A DNA stretch of 64,000 nucleotides, from the NCBI GenBank assembly GCA_012026655.1, contig JAAILG010000909.1, forward strand, positions 1-64,000. The letters are read 5' to 3'. The notes beneath the pieces are model-generated. The model saw only the letters and a list, made by a program, of their open reading frames with translations. It ran no database searches and was not told the DNA's origin. Position numbers and translations under genes: made by a program. Positions 60,961 through 64,000 of this stretch are shown piece after piece. Each line of letters begins with the position of its first letter. Position 1 is the stretch's first letter. This stretch comes from Hydrolagus affinis (Eukaryota).

Positions 60961-63069
60961 TAAGTACAGTTATGCAGCCTACACCTTCTTCATCTAGAAC
61001 TACACAACAACAGTCACTACACTTTATAATCAGATTCTGTGAAGAGCTTTTAAATGTTTCAACGTGGTATAAATCAAGTTGTTGTTGGTGGTGTTGTAGT
61101 ATTGCAAGTGCCTCCCTCTAACCTGAGGAGGTGATTCTCTACAGGAGACAGAATCTGATTCTCTGCTGTCCAGTAGATTGACTAAACCCATGCAAGATGC
61201 ACTAACAGCAGGTTTATTTTCTCCACAAGCTTGGTAAAATGACAACATTAATGTGAATTGGCCAGGAGCCTTTCAATGAATGTTAAGGTTATAACCATAA
61301 AAGAAAGACCACCTACAAACAATTGCACAAGATTATTACTTTGCTCCCAATTCGAACGAGGGAAGCATCACTTCTGTGCCAGAATCAGTTTGAGTTCTGA
61401 CTGAGCTGCAAAAAAACATTTCCTTATTGACAACTTTAATGGTGACAAGATCGGCAGGTAGGCAGTCTCCTCAAATTTGAATTGGGAATTGCCTTAAGGT
61501 GTGGTACAAATCCGAGATTGTTGGGAGTCCCAAAGGCTCTTTGGTTACACAATACAGCATCTCAGCAGTATCTGAATGAATGCTAGTTACGTAGAAAGGA
61601 AACGGCAGTTACTGTGGTTGCTATTTATTTTCCAGAAGTTGATTACCACTGCAACTTTCATAAGCAAAAAGACTATTTATTTGGGTTTAAATCATAAATA
61701 TATCGCTCCTAGAAACATGTTATCTTTAGAAGACAACATAATAATCTTTTATACAGTGCCTATGGCTTGGTAATGCCTTAAAATGCTTGAAACAAGATTT
61801 CCATAGATGTTTATACTAAATTAGACCTTTTAGAGTTGATGTAGCAGTGGTTGTCAATGGGCAATTCTGAAAGAGTTGGGCAGTGGTCAAACAATGGACA
61901 GTAACTATCAAAACATTAGGCTCCTGCCTAAACCTGCTTCATGTCCAGTGCCATCTCTGACCCTGCTCACTGGATCTCCATCCTGGACTTCCTCCTGCTG
62001 TCACTCTCCCTCCCCTTGTTCAAATCTCAAAACGTATCTATGACTGTGCTTTTGGTCATGTTTCCCCTCGCCACATTCTCACTCTGCTCCCACTCCAGCT
62101 CGGGCAACCATCCAGGCAGTGTCAAGCGTTTTGAGAAGTCCTCCTGATGTGAAAGGCGCTGTATGAATGTAAATTGTATTGTATATCATAACTTTACAGG
62201 CTACAGAGTGACGATGCCACAAATCAGTCAAGAAATATTTCCGATGAATGACAGGCACGATATAATAACCATAATTGTAATCAACGTAAGTGCCGGAAAA
62301 CAAAATATTCACCCATAAAATATACAGTAACTTTACAGTCTATTCTGTGAAGTCTACTTTAACTTTACAGTCTATTCTGTGAAGCGCTTTAAACATCTCG
62401 AAGACGTAATAAGGTGCAACATCAAATGCACCTTATTACGAATACACTGAGTCTACAATAGTCTGAGTGATTAAGCAATACAACACCTTTTACATTTATA
62501 GAGCGTCTTTCACATTTGAAGGATGTTTCAAAGTCCTTATGCGGTGGGCAATTCCTGATTTATTTCACCCAGTATCAACCTCTGTGTAATATCTCCCGCT
62601 GCCTCAAGGTCAGACTCCGTCACTGTTAAGTGCTCTGGGATGCTACCATGTGTACAGGGTGCTATGTTAATGCAACTTGTTGTTGTAATAAATGTCTGGA
62701 ACAGGTTATCAGGAAGAGTGGTTGAGGTTAGGACACTGGACCCATTTATAAAGCAGCTTGATGCTGCGAGGGCAGGTATTTTGGAAGGATGACAATTGAT
62801 GGGGCAAAGGGTCTTCTATATCCAAGTCAATCTTATGATCGACCACAACACAAAGCCTTTTGGGAGATTAGTTAGTCCTACCTTTAACTAACAAAAGAAA
62901 AGGAGGTCCGGGATTTGGGTAACTTGTGTCCGTTCATTCAGAGCTACAACTGATCAAAAGTCTTCAGAAATCTGCTTCATATATCTTTCTCATTTAGTTC
63001 AGAATAGCTACCTGTGCAGGAAGATGTAGTTGAGACATTTAAAATTTAGATAAGACATATAGTAATAAT

Positions 63070-63395
63070 ACATACATTTCATAGAGCATCTTTTACTTTG
63101 GGAGGACATCTTAAAGCGCTTCACAGGATTTACAATATTATCGTAGTCAATTCCAGCAGCCAATTTGGCACAGCATTGTCCCACAAACAGCCATAAAGTG
63201 AATGAACAATTTAATTTGGGAGATTGTGGGCCAATGTACCAGGAGAAGATTCCTTGTCTTTTCAAATAGTACCATGTGATTTTAAACAACACCCCCTGAA
63301 GGGGCAAATAGGAACGTTGTTTATCATCTCATCTGAAGGACGGCAATTCCAACAATCAGGACATCCCCAACACTGCACTAGAGTGTCAGCCTGGA
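63070..63395 (-). mobile_element. Older DeuSINE (SacSINE1/AmnSINE1-like central domain). Similar copies lie near 16390-16620, 23160-23410, 25060-25400, 28080-28330, 38790-39110 and 41100-41290
   Basis: aggctgacactc...gatgag...aaac...cctgttcagg...catggcactattt motifs recalled from the Deu domain. Confidence 0.6.
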
Positions 63396-64000
63396 CTTTA
63401 TTATCATAATAATAAGAAGATTAGTTCACATAGTGTCTTGAATGTGTATTTTGTAGGTGAATGCCTATAATCTATGAATCCTTCTGAAGCAGAAATAGGG
63501 ACTAGGGTGTTATGGGTGAGAAGTATTTTGGAGTTGGGGGTTTGTGTGGAATATAAACATTGGCAGTGACTAGTTGGGTCTAACAGTTTGTTTCCGTGCC
63601 ATATAACTCTCTGTAACCACCAAAACTCTGGAATATCAATATGTATATCAATATACATTCTGAAAAGCACAATCGCATATTGAGGCACTCACACTCTAAT
63701 GGGGTTGTTAGCACTTCACCTGATCCACTGACCAAATCGCTGACAAACCTATAAGATCACACGCCACATCAGTTTGCAGTGATTTTTGCTTCTTGAGACA
63801 AAAGCTATCTAGAGTACGTACATAGATTTAAATGCATTGGTATCAAACCTTCTCATGGTTGCACTACCGTACTATATAACATTAATATTATAGATAAATA
63901 GCAAGGTATTGTTGATAAGTTATTGTTATACAAATGATACTTACAATGCTTATTGATATAAAAATGATGTTTGAAATGCTTACAGTTAAAATAATGAATT

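Noticed and set aside
62328-62384. Tandem duplication of aactttacagtctattctgtgaag
   Set aside because: Simple local slippage inside a SINE fragment, with no sign of function.

Overview
AT-rich, intron-dominated vertebrate genomic DNA. The repeat content (tRNA-headed Deu-type SINEs, L2 LINEs with (GTT)n tails, CR1 3' ends, Penelope-type elements) points to a cartilaginous fish, probably a holocephalan such as the elephant shark; this is an inference. Two spliced protein-coding genes lie in tandem on the minus strand. (1) The 3' half of TRPC4: 7 coding exons, 58891 down to the stop at 43951, ending in the PDZ ligand VTTRL; the upstream exons lie beyond 64000. (2) About 10.7 kb downstream, periostin (POSTN): ATG at 33235 and 18 reconstructed GT-AG exons down to 1380, covering the signal peptide, EMI domain, 4 FAS1 domains and the start of the variable C-terminal region; the 3' end is not resolved. 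TRPC4-POSTN adjacency is the known vertebrate synteny. The rest is transposon debris and a 100-N scaffold gap. I find no prokaryotic-type system. The items most worth checking are a 98-bp-arm palindrome carrying a Penelope-type minimal hammerhead ribozyme beside the last TRPC4 exon, two candidate unannotated POSTN C-terminal exons, an abutting RUNX + PBX/MEIS site in the POSTN promoter, and a TRPC5-like pore turret in this TRPC4. Comparisons with human proteins and repeat families are from memory, not from searches.
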